Below are positions 1 to 8,911 of a stretch of DNA of 64,000 nt, one piece after another. The stretch lies in the NCBI GenBank assembly GCA_963668275.2, contig OY764155.1, positions 224,642-288,641 of the forward strand, written 5' to 3'. Origin of the DNA: Dehalococcoidia bacterium (GTDB taxonomy: Bacteria; Chloroflexota; Dehalococcoidia; Lucifugimonadales; UBA1123). Under the pieces are notes generated by a model. It worked only from the letters and a program-made list of their open reading frames with translations. It was not told the origin of the DNA and searched no databases. A program made the position numbers and the translations under genes. Position 1 is the stretch's first letter, and each line of letters opens with the position of its first letter.

Positions 1-162
1 GGACTGGCCATCGAGCCGATGCTGATTATAGGAACGGAAGAAACGAAGGTGCTTGAAGACGGCTGGACGGTGTCCACCGCCGACGGGAGCCTTTCGGCGC
101 ATTTTGAAGATACGGTTATCGTTACGGATAGAGGGCCCGTAGTAACGACCCGCCTGGTTTAG
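1..162 (+). CDS. map: methionine aminopeptidase, C-terminal fragment (5' end outside window)
   Basis: Frame 1 reads [53 protein letters not shown] then stop, a MetAP type I C-terminus. Canonical map-infA-rpmJ order. Confidence 0.8.
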   Translation, partial: GLAIEPMLIIGTEETKVLEDGWTVSTADGSLSAHFEDTVIVTDRGPVVTTRLV

Positions 163-188
163 GCGACGGGCCGTCCGAAAGGAGTCTG

Positions 189-413
189 ATGGCGAAGAAG
201 CAGAAAGAGGCTATCGAGGTAGAGGGCACGGTAACTGAGTCCCTGCCCAACGCCAGTTTCAGGGTAGAGCTTGCCAATGAACACAAGGTCTTGGCCTATG
301 TGTCGGGCAAACTCAAGCTGAACTTCATCCGCGTGCTGCCCGGAGACAAGGTCCTGGTGGAACTGTCTCCCTACGACCTGACTCGCGGAAGGATTACCTA
401 CCGCTTCAGGTAG
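189..413 (+). CDS. infA: translation initiation factor IF-1
   Basis: 74 aa; the S1-like IF-1 sequence [46 protein letters not shown] is typical. Confidence 0.97.
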   Translation: MAKKQKEAIEVEGTVTESLPNASFRVELANEHKVLAYVSGKLKLNFIRVLPGDKVLVELSPYDLTRGRITYRFR

Positions 414-473
414 CCTGAAGAAAGACAAAGCGTAATAGTGCGGCTCGCATAGCCGATTGAGAAGAGGCTGATT

Positions 474-587
474 ATGAAGGTTTCGGCATCGGTTAAGGTC
501 AGATGCGCCAAATGCAAGGTGATCAGACGCCACAAACGGGTAATGGTCATCTGCGAAAACCCCAGGCACAAGCAGAGGCAGGGGTAG
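474..587 (+). CDS. rpmJ: 50S ribosomal protein L36
   Basis: Not in the ORF track (too short). Manual translation gives [37 protein letters not shown] then stop, the classic L36 zinc ribbon. Confidence 0.93.
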   Translation: MKVSASVKVRCAKCKVIRRHKRVMVICENPRHKQRQG

Positions 588-666
588 GAACGAAGGGGGC
601 TATGGATTCCCGCGAAAGCGGGAATGACGTGTTCTGAGGGATTACGAACAGCAGGGAGGCATGAAC

Positions 667-1050
667 ATGGCGATAGTATCGGGAGTCAACATTCCTGACA
701 ACAAGCGGGTGGAAGTCTCGCTAAGAAGCATCTACGGCATAGGTCCTCACCAGGCCAAGGATGTCTGCGACAAGGCCGGCGTGCTGGACAACCCGAAGGT
801 GAGGGAGCTGTCGGATGATCAGCTGGCGCGCATTCGTGAGATCATAGACCGCGAAAAGATGGTCGAAGGAGACCTCAGGCGCGAAGTCAACATGAACATT
901 CGCCGCCTCATAGACATAGGCTCGTACCGCGGGCTTCGGCACAGGCGCAACCTGCCGGTGCGCGGACAGCGAACGAAGACGAACGCGAGGGCCAAGCGCA
1001 GCAAGCGCGTCGCCGTCGCCGGACGCGGTCGAACGACCAACAAGAAGTAA
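667..1050 (+). CDS. rpsM: 30S ribosomal protein S13
   Basis: S13 sequence. The GGGAGG SD lies 7 nt before the ATG at 667; the ORF-track ATG at 661 is only 1 nt from the SD. Confidence 0.95.
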   Translation: MAIVSGVNIPDNKRVEVSLRSIYGIGPHQAKDVCDKAGVLDNPKVRELSDDQLARIREIIDREKMVEGDLRREVNMNIRRLIDIGSYRGLRHRRNLPVRGQRTKTNARAKRSKRVAVAGRGRTTNKK

Positions 1051-1065
1051 GGACTTACGAAGGTT

Positions 1066-1452
1066 ATGGCAAGAAGACCGAGAGCGAGACGAAGAGAGCG
1101 CAAGTCCATTCCGGTGGGCAGGGCGTACATCCAATCCACGTTCAACAACACCATAATCACGATCACCGACCCGCAGGGCAACCCGATTGCCTGGGGAAGT
1201 TCGGGGACCGTGGGATTCCGCGGGTCCAGAAAGTCAACGGCTTTCGTGGCCCAGCGCGCCGGAGAAGACGCCGCGCGCAAGGGCATGGAACACGGAATCC
1301 GGCAGGTGGAAGTGTACGTTCGCGGGCCGGGTTCGGGCCGCGAGGCGGCCATACGCGCGCTCCAGGGCGCGGGCATCCTCGTTACGTCCATCAAGGACGT
1401 GACCCCGATTCCGCACAACGGATGCAGGCCGCCCAAGCGCCGCCGGGTGTAG
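1066..1452 (+). CDS. rpsK: 30S ribosomal protein S11
   Basis: 128 aa; [30 protein letters not shown] and C-terminal [16 protein letters not shown] are S11 signatures. Confidence 0.97.
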   Translation: MARRPRARRRERKSIPVGRAYIQSTFNNTIITITDPQGNPIAWGSSGTVGFRGSRKSTAFVAQRAGEDAARKGMEHGIRQVEVYVRGPGSGREAAIRALQGAGILVTSIKDVTPIPHNGCRPPKRRRV

Positions 1453-1476
1453 CGCGCAGTGACGCGGTGAATCCGA

Positions 1477-2397
1477 ATGTTAGACGAACAGAGGAGGGAC
1501 AGACAGCTTATAGAACGCGGCGTGATGGACATACTGGGCGACACGTTCAGCATCTACTGGCGTCACTTCAGGAAGTTCATCGCGCTGGTGGCGGTGATCC
1601 AGGTTCCGATAGTCGCCGTCGAACTGCTTATCAGCCTGGTCGCCCCGGACAGCGACTTCGCGCTGGTGGGCGTTATCGTCATAGACGTGATGGCCTCGAT
1701 GCTGGTGTACGGCGCGGTCATATTCGCGGTAGGCCAGCACCTCCTGGTCGAGGATATATCGGTGGAACGCTGCTACGTCCGAGTCGTATGGCGCATAGTG
1801 TCGGTGGCGATTCCCGCGCTCATAGTCGGCGCGCTGTTCGCGGTTCTGGTTTGGCAGGCCATCAGCCTGTCGGGAGTGGCGACGGTCGAAACGCCGGATA
1901 CGCTGGAAACCGAGGCCGCGCTGGGCGTAATGCTGGGAGCGGGAATAATAATCGCGATCACGGTGGCCCTACTGATATTCACCATCTATCTGGTAGGAAT
2001 AATGCCCGCCATAATCGTCGAAGGATACCGTTCGACGGGCGCGTTCGGACGCGGCGCCGAACTACTCAGTGGAAGCAAGCTGCGAGTTCTGGGCCACCTG
2101 CTGGTCTATGCTTTCGTGGTTCTTGGGCTATTATTCGTATTGTCCATACCGTCTATCGCCCTGGGATCGGCGGTGGGCGAAGCGCAGTCTTTCGCGACTA
2201 CGGCAATCGGGATAGTCTTGAACAGGATAATCTCGATACTGATAGCGCCGGTGACATTTATAGCTACAACTTTGCTTTACTACGATCTGAGAGTGAGAAA
2301 AGAGAATTACGATATAGAGCGCTTGTCCCTGGAAATGGGATACGAGCGAGCGCATCCGGAAGGAACAGAGACAAGGAAGGCTGATGGCGAGATATAA
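1477..2397 (+). CDS. polytopic membrane protein (GDPD-membrane/DUF975-like), function unknown
   Basis: 306 aa with about 6 clear hydrophobic helices and a C-terminal LLYYDLRVRKE motif common in this membrane family. Overlaps the rpsD start by 14 nt. The real start may be the internal MDILGD. Confidence 0.7.
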   Translation: MLDEQRRDRQLIERGVMDILGDTFSIYWRHFRKFIALVAVIQVPIVAVELLISLVAPDSDFALVGVIVIDVMASMLVYGAVIFAVGQHLLVEDISVERCYVRVVWRIVSVAIPALIVGALFAVLVWQAISLSGVATVETPDTLETEAALGVMLGAGIIIAITVALLIFTIYLVGIMPAIIVEGYRSTGAFGRGAELLSGSKLRVLGHLLVYAFVVLGLLFVLSIPSIALGSAVGEAQSFATTAIGIVLNRIISILIAPVTFIATTLLYYDLRVRKENYDIERLSLEMGYERAHPEGTETRKADGEI

Positions 2398-3022
2398 GGA
2401 CGCAAAATGCCGGAAGTGCCGGCGCATAGGCGAGAAACTCTTTCTGAAGGGCGAGCGATGCTACACGCCCCGCTGCGCCGTAGAGCGCAGGCGAAGGCCG
2501 CCCGGAGATTCGATTCCCAGGCGTCGCAGGCCCTCGGACTGGGCGCTTCAGCTTCGCGAGAAGCAGAAGGCGCGCTTCACCTACGGCATTCTCGAACGCC
2601 AGTTCAGGAAGTACTTCGAGATGGCGCGCGGCCGTCCCGGCGTGACCGGCGACAACCTGCTCCAGATACTGGAAACGCGGCTCGACAACGTTATATACAG
2701 GCTTTCGATGGCGGACTCCAGGCAGCAGGGAAGGCAGCTTGTCAACCACGGACACTTTACCGTCAACGGACGACGCATGGACATCCCGTCCTACCTGGTC
2801 GGCCCCGGAGACGTGATCTCGTGGAAGCGCGTCGGATCGAACGGCGCTTCTCCGCCGCAGTTCATACAGGACCTGACCGACGGACTTCCCAAGAGGCCCG
2901 TTCCGCCCTGGCTCAGGCTCGACGTGGCGAACCTGAGCGGCGAAGTGGCCTCCCTGCCGGATATCGCGGAGATCGAAACCGGAATAGACGCCAGGCTGGT
3001 GATCGAGTTCTACTCGAAGTGA
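2384..3022 (+). CDS. rpsD: 30S ribosomal protein S4
   Basis: MARYKDAKCRKCRRIGEKLFLKGERCYTPRC zinc-type S4 N-terminus plus an S4 RNA-binding domain. Confidence 0.96.
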   Translation: MARYKDAKCRKCRRIGEKLFLKGERCYTPRCAVERRRRPPGDSIPRRRRPSDWALQLREKQKARFTYGILERQFRKYFEMARGRPGVTGDNLLQILETRLDNVIYRLSMADSRQQGRQLVNHGHFTVNGRRMDIPSYLVGPGDVISWKRVGSNGASPPQFIQDLTDGLPKRPVPPWLRLDVANLSGEVASLPDIAEIETGIDARLVIEFYSK

Positions 3023-3067
3023 CGCGCTTCAATCGCTGTCACCATGTTTCGTTAAGGAGAGTGGCGG

Positions 3068-4099
3068 ATGGTCTATGACATGACAACATTTATGCCGGAG
3101 ATCCCCTATGAGGAGGAAGAGCCGGTACAGGACCCAAGCATACGGATCGAGGTGGATGAGGACAGATACGGCGAGTTCGTAATCGAGCCGCTGGAGCCCG
3201 GATATGGGGTCACGCTCGGAAATCCGATGCGCCGCATACTCTACAGCGGCCTCGAGGGGACCGCGATAACGTCCGTCAAGATAGAGGGCGTTCAGCATGA
3301 GTACGAGACTATTCCGAACATCAAGGAACAGGTGACTGAAATCCTGCTGAACGTCAAGGCCATCAGGCTGCGGTCCGAGGTTGACAGGCCCGGCAAGCTG
3401 CGCCTGGAAGTCGCGGGCGAGGGGCAGGTGTGCGCCGCCGACATCATGGCCTCCGCCGACTTCGAGGTGGTGAACCCGGACCTCCACCTGGCTACGCTCG
3501 ATTCCACGGAGGCCAAGCTGTCGCTCGAGATGAATGTCGAGCGCGGAAAGGGCTACAAGGAAGCGTTGGAGGACGAAGGTCAGTCCATCGGCGTGCTTCC
3601 GATAGACGCGATATTCACGCCCATCAGGAAGGTGAACTACACCGTGGAGCGCACTCGCGTCGGACAGCGCACCGACTACGAACGGCTGGCCCTCCAGATA
3701 TGGACGGACGGCTCGATCAGGCCCGTCGAGGCGCTCAGGGGCGCTTCCAACATACTGGTCAACCAGTTCTTCCTGTTCACCAACGTGACCGAGGGCGTGC
3801 GGGACAGCCCCGAGGGCGTAACGCTCGTCGCCAATAAACTCCAGGCGGAGCAGTACAACGTGCCCGTTGAGCGGCTGGACCTCAGTTCAAGGACGCTCAA
3901 CTGCCTCAAGCGCGCCGGCATAAACAAGGTCGGCGAGGTGCTGGACCGCAGCAAGGCCGAGCTCATGAACATCAGGAACTTTGGCGAAAAGTCCTACAAC
4001 GAACTGTACGACAAACTGAGACAGAACGACCTGCTGCCTCCGGAAGATGATCCGGAGACGCGGGAAGAGGAAAAGGAAGCTGTCGCCTCCGGCGACTAG
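3068..4099 (+). CDS. rpoA: DNA-directed RNA polymerase subunit alpha
   Basis: 343 aa; GYGVTLGNPMRRILYS NTD motif and C-terminal LDLSSRTLNCLKRAGINKVGEV alpha-CTD HhH. AAGGAG SD upstream. Confidence 0.96.
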   Translation: MVYDMTTFMPEIPYEEEEPVQDPSIRIEVDEDRYGEFVIEPLEPGYGVTLGNPMRRILYSGLEGTAITSVKIEGVQHEYETIPNIKEQVTEILLNVKAIRLRSEVDRPGKLRLEVAGEGQVCAADIMASADFEVVNPDLHLATLDSTEAKLSLEMNVERGKGYKEALEDEGQSIGVLPIDAIFTPIRKVNYTVERTRVGQRTDYERLALQIWTDGSIRPVEALRGASNILVNQFFLFTNVTEGVRDSPEGVTLVANKLQAEQYNVPVERLDLSSRTLNCLKRAGINKVGEVLDRSKAELMNIRNFGEKSYNELYDKLRQNDLLPPEDDPETREEEKEAVASGD

Positions 4100-4116
4100 G
4101 CGGGAGTTGATCCAAA

Positions 4117-4467
4117 ATGAGACACCGGCTTTCGGGGAAGAAGCTGGGACGCCCCACGCAGCATCGAATGTTGATGCTAAGAGGCATGGCGACCAACCTG
4201 ATTCTCAATGAGACGCTGAAGACTACCGAGGCGAAGGCCACCGAGGCGAGGCGCATGACCGAGAAGGTCATCACCCTCGGCAAGAAAGGCTCTCTGCATC
4301 ACCGCCGGCAGGCCGCCGCGCTGCTTACCGACAAGGAAGCCGTGCGAAAGGTCTTCGACGAACTTGCGGGGCGATACGAGGACCGCGAGGGCGGCTACAC
4401 CCGCTCGTACAAACTGGGCAAGAGGAAGGGCGACGCCGCGGAGATGGCGTTGGTGGAACTGGTTTAA
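4117..4467 (+). CDS. rplQ: 50S ribosomal protein L17
   Basis: MRHRLSGKKLGRPTQHRMLMLRGMATNL is the canonical L17 N-terminus. Confidence 0.96.
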   Translation: MRHRLSGKKLGRPTQHRMLMLRGMATNLILNETLKTTEAKATEARRMTEKVITLGKKGSLHHRRQAAALLTDKEAVRKVFDELAGRYEDREGGYTRSYKLGKRKGDAAEMALVELV

Positions 4468-4502
4468 CCCGGCCCGAGAGGCCGAAACAGGAATATACGG
4501 CG

Positions 4503-5264
4503 ATGCGCGTGGCGATGATCGTCGAATACCACGGAAAGGGATACAGCGGATTCCAGTACCAGGAGAACGCTCCCACCGTACAGCAGCAGATTGAAAAAGC
4601 AATACGGTCCCTCACCGGACAGCCGGTCAGGATAAAGGCGGCGGGTCGCACCGACGCGGGCGTTCACGCGCTCGGACAGGTGGTGGCCTTCGATACGGAC
4701 GCCGACTATCCCCCGCTCACCTTCCTGAACGCGCTGAACGCGCGGCTGCCGCGGGACATAGCGGTAAGAGAGGCGTACCGGGCGCGACCGGACTTCGATC
4801 CGAGGCGCGACGCGATAAGCAGACTGTACCGGTACACGCTACTCGTGTCGAAGGTCAGGTCGCCGGTATGGAGACACAACTCTCACCAGGTAAGACCGCC
4901 TCTGGCCCTGGACTCGATGCGCGAGGCGGCCTCGCTGATGGTCGGCGTTCACGATTTCGCCAACTTCGGCGGCCCGCTGGAGCGTCCCGAAGCCAGTACG
5001 GTGCGCCGCGTTTACGGGATAGACATGAGGGTCGACGGCGCTTTCATACAGGTGGAGATCGAGGGAAACGCCTTCCTGCCCAGACAGGTGAGGCGCATGG
5101 TGGGCGCGCTCGCCGACGTGGGCGCCGGAAGATTGAAACTAGAGGATATAAGAAAACAGATTTCGAGAGCGGAGGACGCTCCTGTAACTCGCTCCCTGCC
5201 GCCGCGGGGTTTGTGTTTAGTAAGCGTGAAGTACGCGGATTTTCCTCCGCGACATGAGGAATAG
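4503..5264 (+). CDS. truA: tRNA pseudouridine(38-40) synthase
   Basis: GFQYQ and AAGRTDAGVHALGQVVAF (catalytic Asp motif). Position between rplQ and rplM. Confidence 0.93.
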   Translation: MRVAMIVEYHGKGYSGFQYQENAPTVQQQIEKAIRSLTGQPVRIKAAGRTDAGVHALGQVVAFDTDADYPPLTFLNALNARLPRDIAVREAYRARPDFDPRRDAISRLYRYTLLVSKVRSPVWRHNSHQVRPPLALDSMREAASLMVGVHDFANFGGPLERPEASTVRRVYGIDMRVDGAFIQVEIEGNAFLPRQVRRMVGALADVGAGRLKLEDIRKQISRAEDAPVTRSLPPRGLCLVSVKYADFPPRHEE

Positions 5265-5270
5265 ATCAAA

Positions 5271-5705
5271 ATGGTTACAAGTTCGAAGCCATACGAGACC
5301 AAGTCGTCCGACCTGAACCCGAAGTGGCACGTCGTGGACGCCGAGGGCCAGACGCTCGGAAGGATTGCGTCGCGGATAGCCGCGATCCTGAACGGCAAGC
5401 GCAACCCTATGTACGTGCCGCATCTGCTCACCGGCGACTACGTGGTCGTGCTCAACGCCGACAAGATACGAGTCACCGGAAACAAGATGAGCCAGAAGAT
5501 GTACTACCGGCACAGCGGCTACCATGGCGGCCTTACCGAGCGCACCATGGAGCAGATGATGGCGAGGCACCCTGACCGGGTGATCCGCCAGGCCGTGAAG
5601 GGTATGTTGCCCAAGAACTCGCTGGGCAGAAAGATGCTGAAACGACTAAAGATATACACCGGAACGAGCCATCCGCACGAGGCTCAGGTAGGGAAGGGGA
5701 CGTAA
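5271..5705 (+). CDS. rplM: 50S ribosomal protein L13
   Basis: WHVVDAEGQTLGRIASRIAAILNGK and YYRHSGYHGG are L13 signatures. Confidence 0.96.
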   Translation: MVTSSKPYETKSSDLNPKWHVVDAEGQTLGRIASRIAAILNGKRNPMYVPHLLTGDYVVVLNADKIRVTGNKMSQKMYYRHSGYHGGLTERTMEQMMARHPDRVIRQAVKGMLPKNSLGRKMLKRLKIYTGTSHPHEAQVGKGT

Positions 5706-6110
5706 ATGGTTCAGCAGACCCAGCAGCACTACTACTACGCGATTGGAAAGCGAAAGACCTCGGTTGCCCAGGTCAGGCTCTACACTGATTCGGGCGCGAA
5801 CCAGGTAAACGGCAAGCCCTTGGAAGAATTCTTCCCCTGGGATTCCTGGCAGCAGCTTATTGACCAGCCCATGGACGTGACGGGAACGCACGGCCAGTTC
5901 CGCATCGTCGCCAAGATACGCGGCGGCGGCGTCGTAAGCCAGGCGGGGGCGCTGCGTCACGGAATCGCCCGGGCGCTCCAGGTCGCCGACCCGTCGCTGA
6001 GGTCGTCGCTCAAGAGAGCCGGCCTCCTCACCCGAGACGCCCGCGAGAAGGAGCGCAAGAAGTACGGCCTAGCCCGCGCCCGCAAAGCCAAGCAGTGGAC
6101 GAAGCGCTAG
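5706..6110 (+). CDS. rpsI: 30S ribosomal protein S9
   Basis: YYAIGKRKTSVAQVRL and C-terminal RDAREKERKKYGLARARKAKQWTKR. Confidence 0.96.
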   Translation: MVQQTQQHYYYAIGKRKTSVAQVRLYTDSGANQVNGKPLEEFFPWDSWQQLIDQPMDVTGTHGQFRIVAKIRGGGVVSQAGALRHGIARALQVADPSLRSSLKRAGLLTRDAREKERKKYGLARARKAKQWTKR

Positions 6111-6145
6111 CTCGGTAGCGGTATAGTATATCGTACAATGTAGCC

Positions 6146-6442
6146 ATGTTCACGATTCTACGAAGCGCGACGTTCGACCGTTGGTTAGGCAGGCTGAGGG
6201 ACCGCCATGCAGTGGACAGAATCGTCGCCAGACTGCTGGCAGCCGAAGACGGACATTTCGGAGACGTGGGACCTGTTGGCGGTGGTGTGTCTGAGATGAG
6301 GATTCATTATGGGCCTGGATACCGGATATACTTCATCATGCGAGGATCTGAGTTAATCGTCCTGCTATGTGGCGGAGACAAGGACAGCCAGCGGCGAGAT
6401 GTTGAGCGGGCTAAGAGAATGGCGGCGGAATGGAGGAGCTAA
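6146..6442 (+). CDS. type II toxin, RelE/ParE-superfamily 'addiction module killer' (HigB-like)
   Basis: 98 aa; FDRWLGRLRD...GDVGPVGGGVSEMRIHYGPGYRIYF...LIVLLCGGDKDSQRRDVERAK matches the killer-protein family pattern. Confidence 0.8.
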   Translation: MFTILRSATFDRWLGRLRDRHAVDRIVARLLAAEDGHFGDVGPVGGGVSEMRIHYGPGYRIYFIMRGSELIVLLCGGDKDSQRRDVERAKRMAAEWRS

Positions 6443-6729
6443 TGTCCGAGGAGTATAGAGAGTTCGACGCGTCGGATTATGTCAAGACCGATGAGGATGT
6501 ACGAGGGCTTCTCAGGGCGGCTTGGGATGAGGACATTGGGGATGGGGCAGTGGTCCGCGCTGTCCTTAAGCGAATCGCCCGAATGGAGGACATGGGCGTG
6601 CTCGCCCATGATACCGGGCTAAATGGAGGCGAGGGGTTGTCTCAAGACGGGAATCCTTCGTTGGCGACGTTGCTGAAGGTCACTCGCGCCTTGGGGCTAT
6701 GTCTTGCTCCTGTCGAGAACTCCACATAG
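6430..6729 (+). CDS. type II antitoxin, HTH 'addiction module antidote' (HigA-like)
   Basis: Overlaps the toxin by 13 nt. FDASDYVKTDEDV...GNPSLATLLKVTRALGLCL matches the antidote family. Confidence 0.75.
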   Translation: MEELMSEEYREFDASDYVKTDEDVRGLLRAAWDEDIGDGAVVRAVLKRIARMEDMGVLAHDTGLNGGEGLSQDGNPSLATLLKVTRALGLCLAPVENST

Positions 6730-6747
6730 GACTTGCGAGCGTGGATA

Positions 6748-6777
6748 CCCCTCTAAACACATCAAGGGAGAGGGGAT
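6748..6777. repeat. REP-like hairpin, partial type-1 copy (CCCCTCT..GGGAGAGGGG)
   Basis: Same arms as the copies at 35090, 35715, 39575 and 40916. Overlaps the last codons of prmC (..ELSPLP). Confidence 0.6.
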
Positions 6778-7700
6778 AATTCCTTTTCGGCGACCAGTGC
6801 GCGGTTGTTTCCCATAAGATCGGGTCGGGCGCTCACCGACGCGATGTTAGATATATTCCGGCGCGCGATTTCCACGGCGGCGTCCATATGCTCCGGCATC
6901 AGTTCCACTATTAGCGCACCGCCCTGCGCGAGTATCCCGCCCGCCTGAGTCGCCAGCCTGCGGAAATAGTCCAGGCCGTCAGCGCCGCCGTCCAGGGCGA
7001 CGGTCGGCTCGCGCCGCGCCTCGACCGCCAGTGTGGGTAGCGTTCCACTGGGGATATATGGCGGGTTGGACACGATGATGTCAACCGGCGCGGCTATCGC
7101 GGTCAGCATATCGCCCAGTACGAACTCCACGCCGCCGCCGAGCAGCCTGTCTCGGTTTCTGACTGCCACACCGAGCGCGGACGGGCTGATGTCCACACCG
7201 ACCACCCTGGCTTTCTGCGAACGCGACTCTATCGCCAGGGCTATCGCGCCCGATCCCGTCCCGACATCAACCACCGTCGGCTTTCTCTGGCCTGTGTCCA
7301 TGTTCGCTAGGCGCTCAAGCGTGAGTTCGACTAGCAACTCAGTCTCCTGGCGGGGTATCAGGACGCTCTCGTTCACCTCCAGGTCGAGGCCGTAGAACTC
7401 GCGCCGCCCGACGATGTATGCCAACGGCTCGCCGCCCAGCCTTCTTTCGATAAGCGCGTCAAGCCTGCGCGACTGGGCATTAGTGAGACGATCTTCCGCG
7501 CCATAAACGCGAGGTAGGAACTCCGCCCTCTCCATTCCGACAATATGCCTGAGAAGAACGTCGGCCTCGATTTGCCACTCGGCTATGCCGCCGTCGCGCA
7601 GAGCGGCGCGGACGGATTCAAGGCTTCGGCGCAGGGTCGGGGGACGCTCCGGGCTGCTGTCTCTCATCAGATTGTACGATGGGCAGAAGACAGCCGTCAC
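6762..7700 (-). CDS. prmC: peptide chain release factor N5-glutamine methyltransferase
   Basis: VVDVGTGSGAIALA SAM motif and IVSNPPYIP catalytic NPPY. Overlaps the prfA stop by 4 nt. Confidence 0.9.
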   Translation of the reverse strand: MTAVFCPSYNLMRDSSPERPPTLRRSLESVRAALRDGGIAEWQIEADVLLRHIVGMERAEFLPRVYGAEDRLTNAQSRRLDALIERRLGGEPLAYIVGRREFYGLDLEVNESVLIPRQETELLVELTLERLANMDTGQRKPTVVDVGTGSGAIALAIESRSQKARVVGVDISPSALGVAVRNRDRLLGGGVEFVLGDMLTAIAAPVDIIVSNPPYIPSGTLPTLAVEARREPTVALDGGADGLDYFRRLATQAGGILAQGGALIVELMPEHMDAAVEIARRNISNIASVSARPDLMGNNRALVAEKELSPLP

Positions 7701-8767
7701 GCCTGAACGTTGGCCAGTTTCTGCGTCTGTTCCTCTTCCAGAAGCGCTTCGATTATCTGGTCTATGTCGCCGTCGAGGGACTGGGCGAGGCTGTGGACAG
7801 TGAGGCCGATGCGGTGGTCGGTGATGCGGCTCTGGGGGAAGTTGTACGTCCTGACCCGCTCCGACCTGTCGCCGCTGCCGACCTGGGACCTGCGCGCGTC
7901 GGAGCGTTCGCGCTGCTGTCGCTCGACTTCCTGCGCGTAGAGACGCGAGCGCAGGACGGACATCGCCTTCTCCTTGTTCTTTAGCTGGCTGCGCTCATCC
8001 TGGCACACCGCCACTATGCCTGTCGGCTTGTGCGTGATTCGTATGGCGGTAGCGACCTTCTGAACGTTCTGGCCGCCGTGCCCGGAGGCGTGGAACACGT
8101 CTATCTGGAGGTCTTCGTTGTTGACCTGCACGTCAACCTCTTCGGCCTCGGGCAGCACCGCGACCGTCGCCGCCGATGTGTGTATCCGCCCGCTCGACTC
8201 GGTTACAGGCACGCGCTGCACCCTATGGACGCCACTCTCGTGCTTCAGGCGTGAGTACGCTCCCCTGCCCTTCACCTCGAAGACTATCTCCTTGACTGAG
8301 CCGATGCCCGTCTCGTTGAGGTCAATGACCTCCGTCTTCCAGTTCCTGCGCTGGGCGTACCTGCTGTACATCCTGTACAGGTCGCCGGCGAACAGGCCGG
8401 CCTCGTCTCCGCCCGTCCCGGCGCGTATCTCCACGATCACGTTCTTGTCGTCATTTGGGTCTTTCGGTACAAGCGCGAGCTTCAGCGCCTGCTCGGTAAT
8501 CTCGCGGCGCGTCTCCAGTTCGGTAAGCTCCTCACGCGCGAGTTCGACCAACTCAGGATCGGATTCCTCCCTGAGCATCATCTGGAGGTCGTCCGCCTCG
8601 GACCCGATGGCGCGCAGTTCGCGCGACAGGTCCACCACCTCGCGCAACTGCGCCTGTTCCTTGGCCAGGTCCTGCACGCGGCTGTAATCCACCGCGATCT
8701 CCGGGTCGGCCATCAAACGATCCAACTCTTCGGACCGATCTTCCACCGCTCTCATTCGCTCAAGCAT
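7697..8767 (-). CDS. prfA: peptide chain release factor 1
   Basis: Start reassigned to MLERMRAVEDR (complement of CAT at 8765-8767). RVQRVPVTESSGRIHTSAATVAVLPE (PxT) and HASGHGGQNVQKV (GGQ). The 703-aa track ORF is a spurious N-terminal extension. Confidence 0.95.
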   Translation of the reverse strand: MLERMRAVEDRSEELDRLMADPEIAVDYSRVQDLAKEQAQLREVVDLSRELRAIGSEADDLQMMLREESDPELVELAREELTELETRREITEQALKLALVPKDPNDDKNVIVEIRAGTGGDEAGLFAGDLYRMYSRYAQRRNWKTEVIDLNETGIGSVKEIVFEVKGRGAYSRLKHESGVHRVQRVPVTESSGRIHTSAATVAVLPEAEEVDVQVNNEDLQIDVFHASGHGGQNVQKVATAIRITHKPTGIVAVCQDERSQLKNKEKAMSVLRSRLYAQEVERQQRERSDARRSQVGSGDRSERVRTYNFPQSRITDHRIGLTVHSLAQSLDGDIDQIIEALLEEEQTQKLANVQA

Positions 8768-8911
8768 GATTGCGCTGCCTCCATTTCTGAAATGGTACAG
8801 TACAGAGTAGCCCCGATTCAAAGCCCGCCCATCTTCAATTCTAAATTCACAATTCCACATTCTTAATTCCCGTGATAGACTTCCCCCGAAATCAACCCGA
8901 AGAGGTGAACG

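Noticed and set aside
8160-8200. RF1 PVT tripeptide instead of PAT as an anomaly
   Set aside because: The RF1 recognition motif is PxT. As far as I recall, PVT occurs in well-studied RF1 proteins (e.g. Thermus), so this is not unusual.
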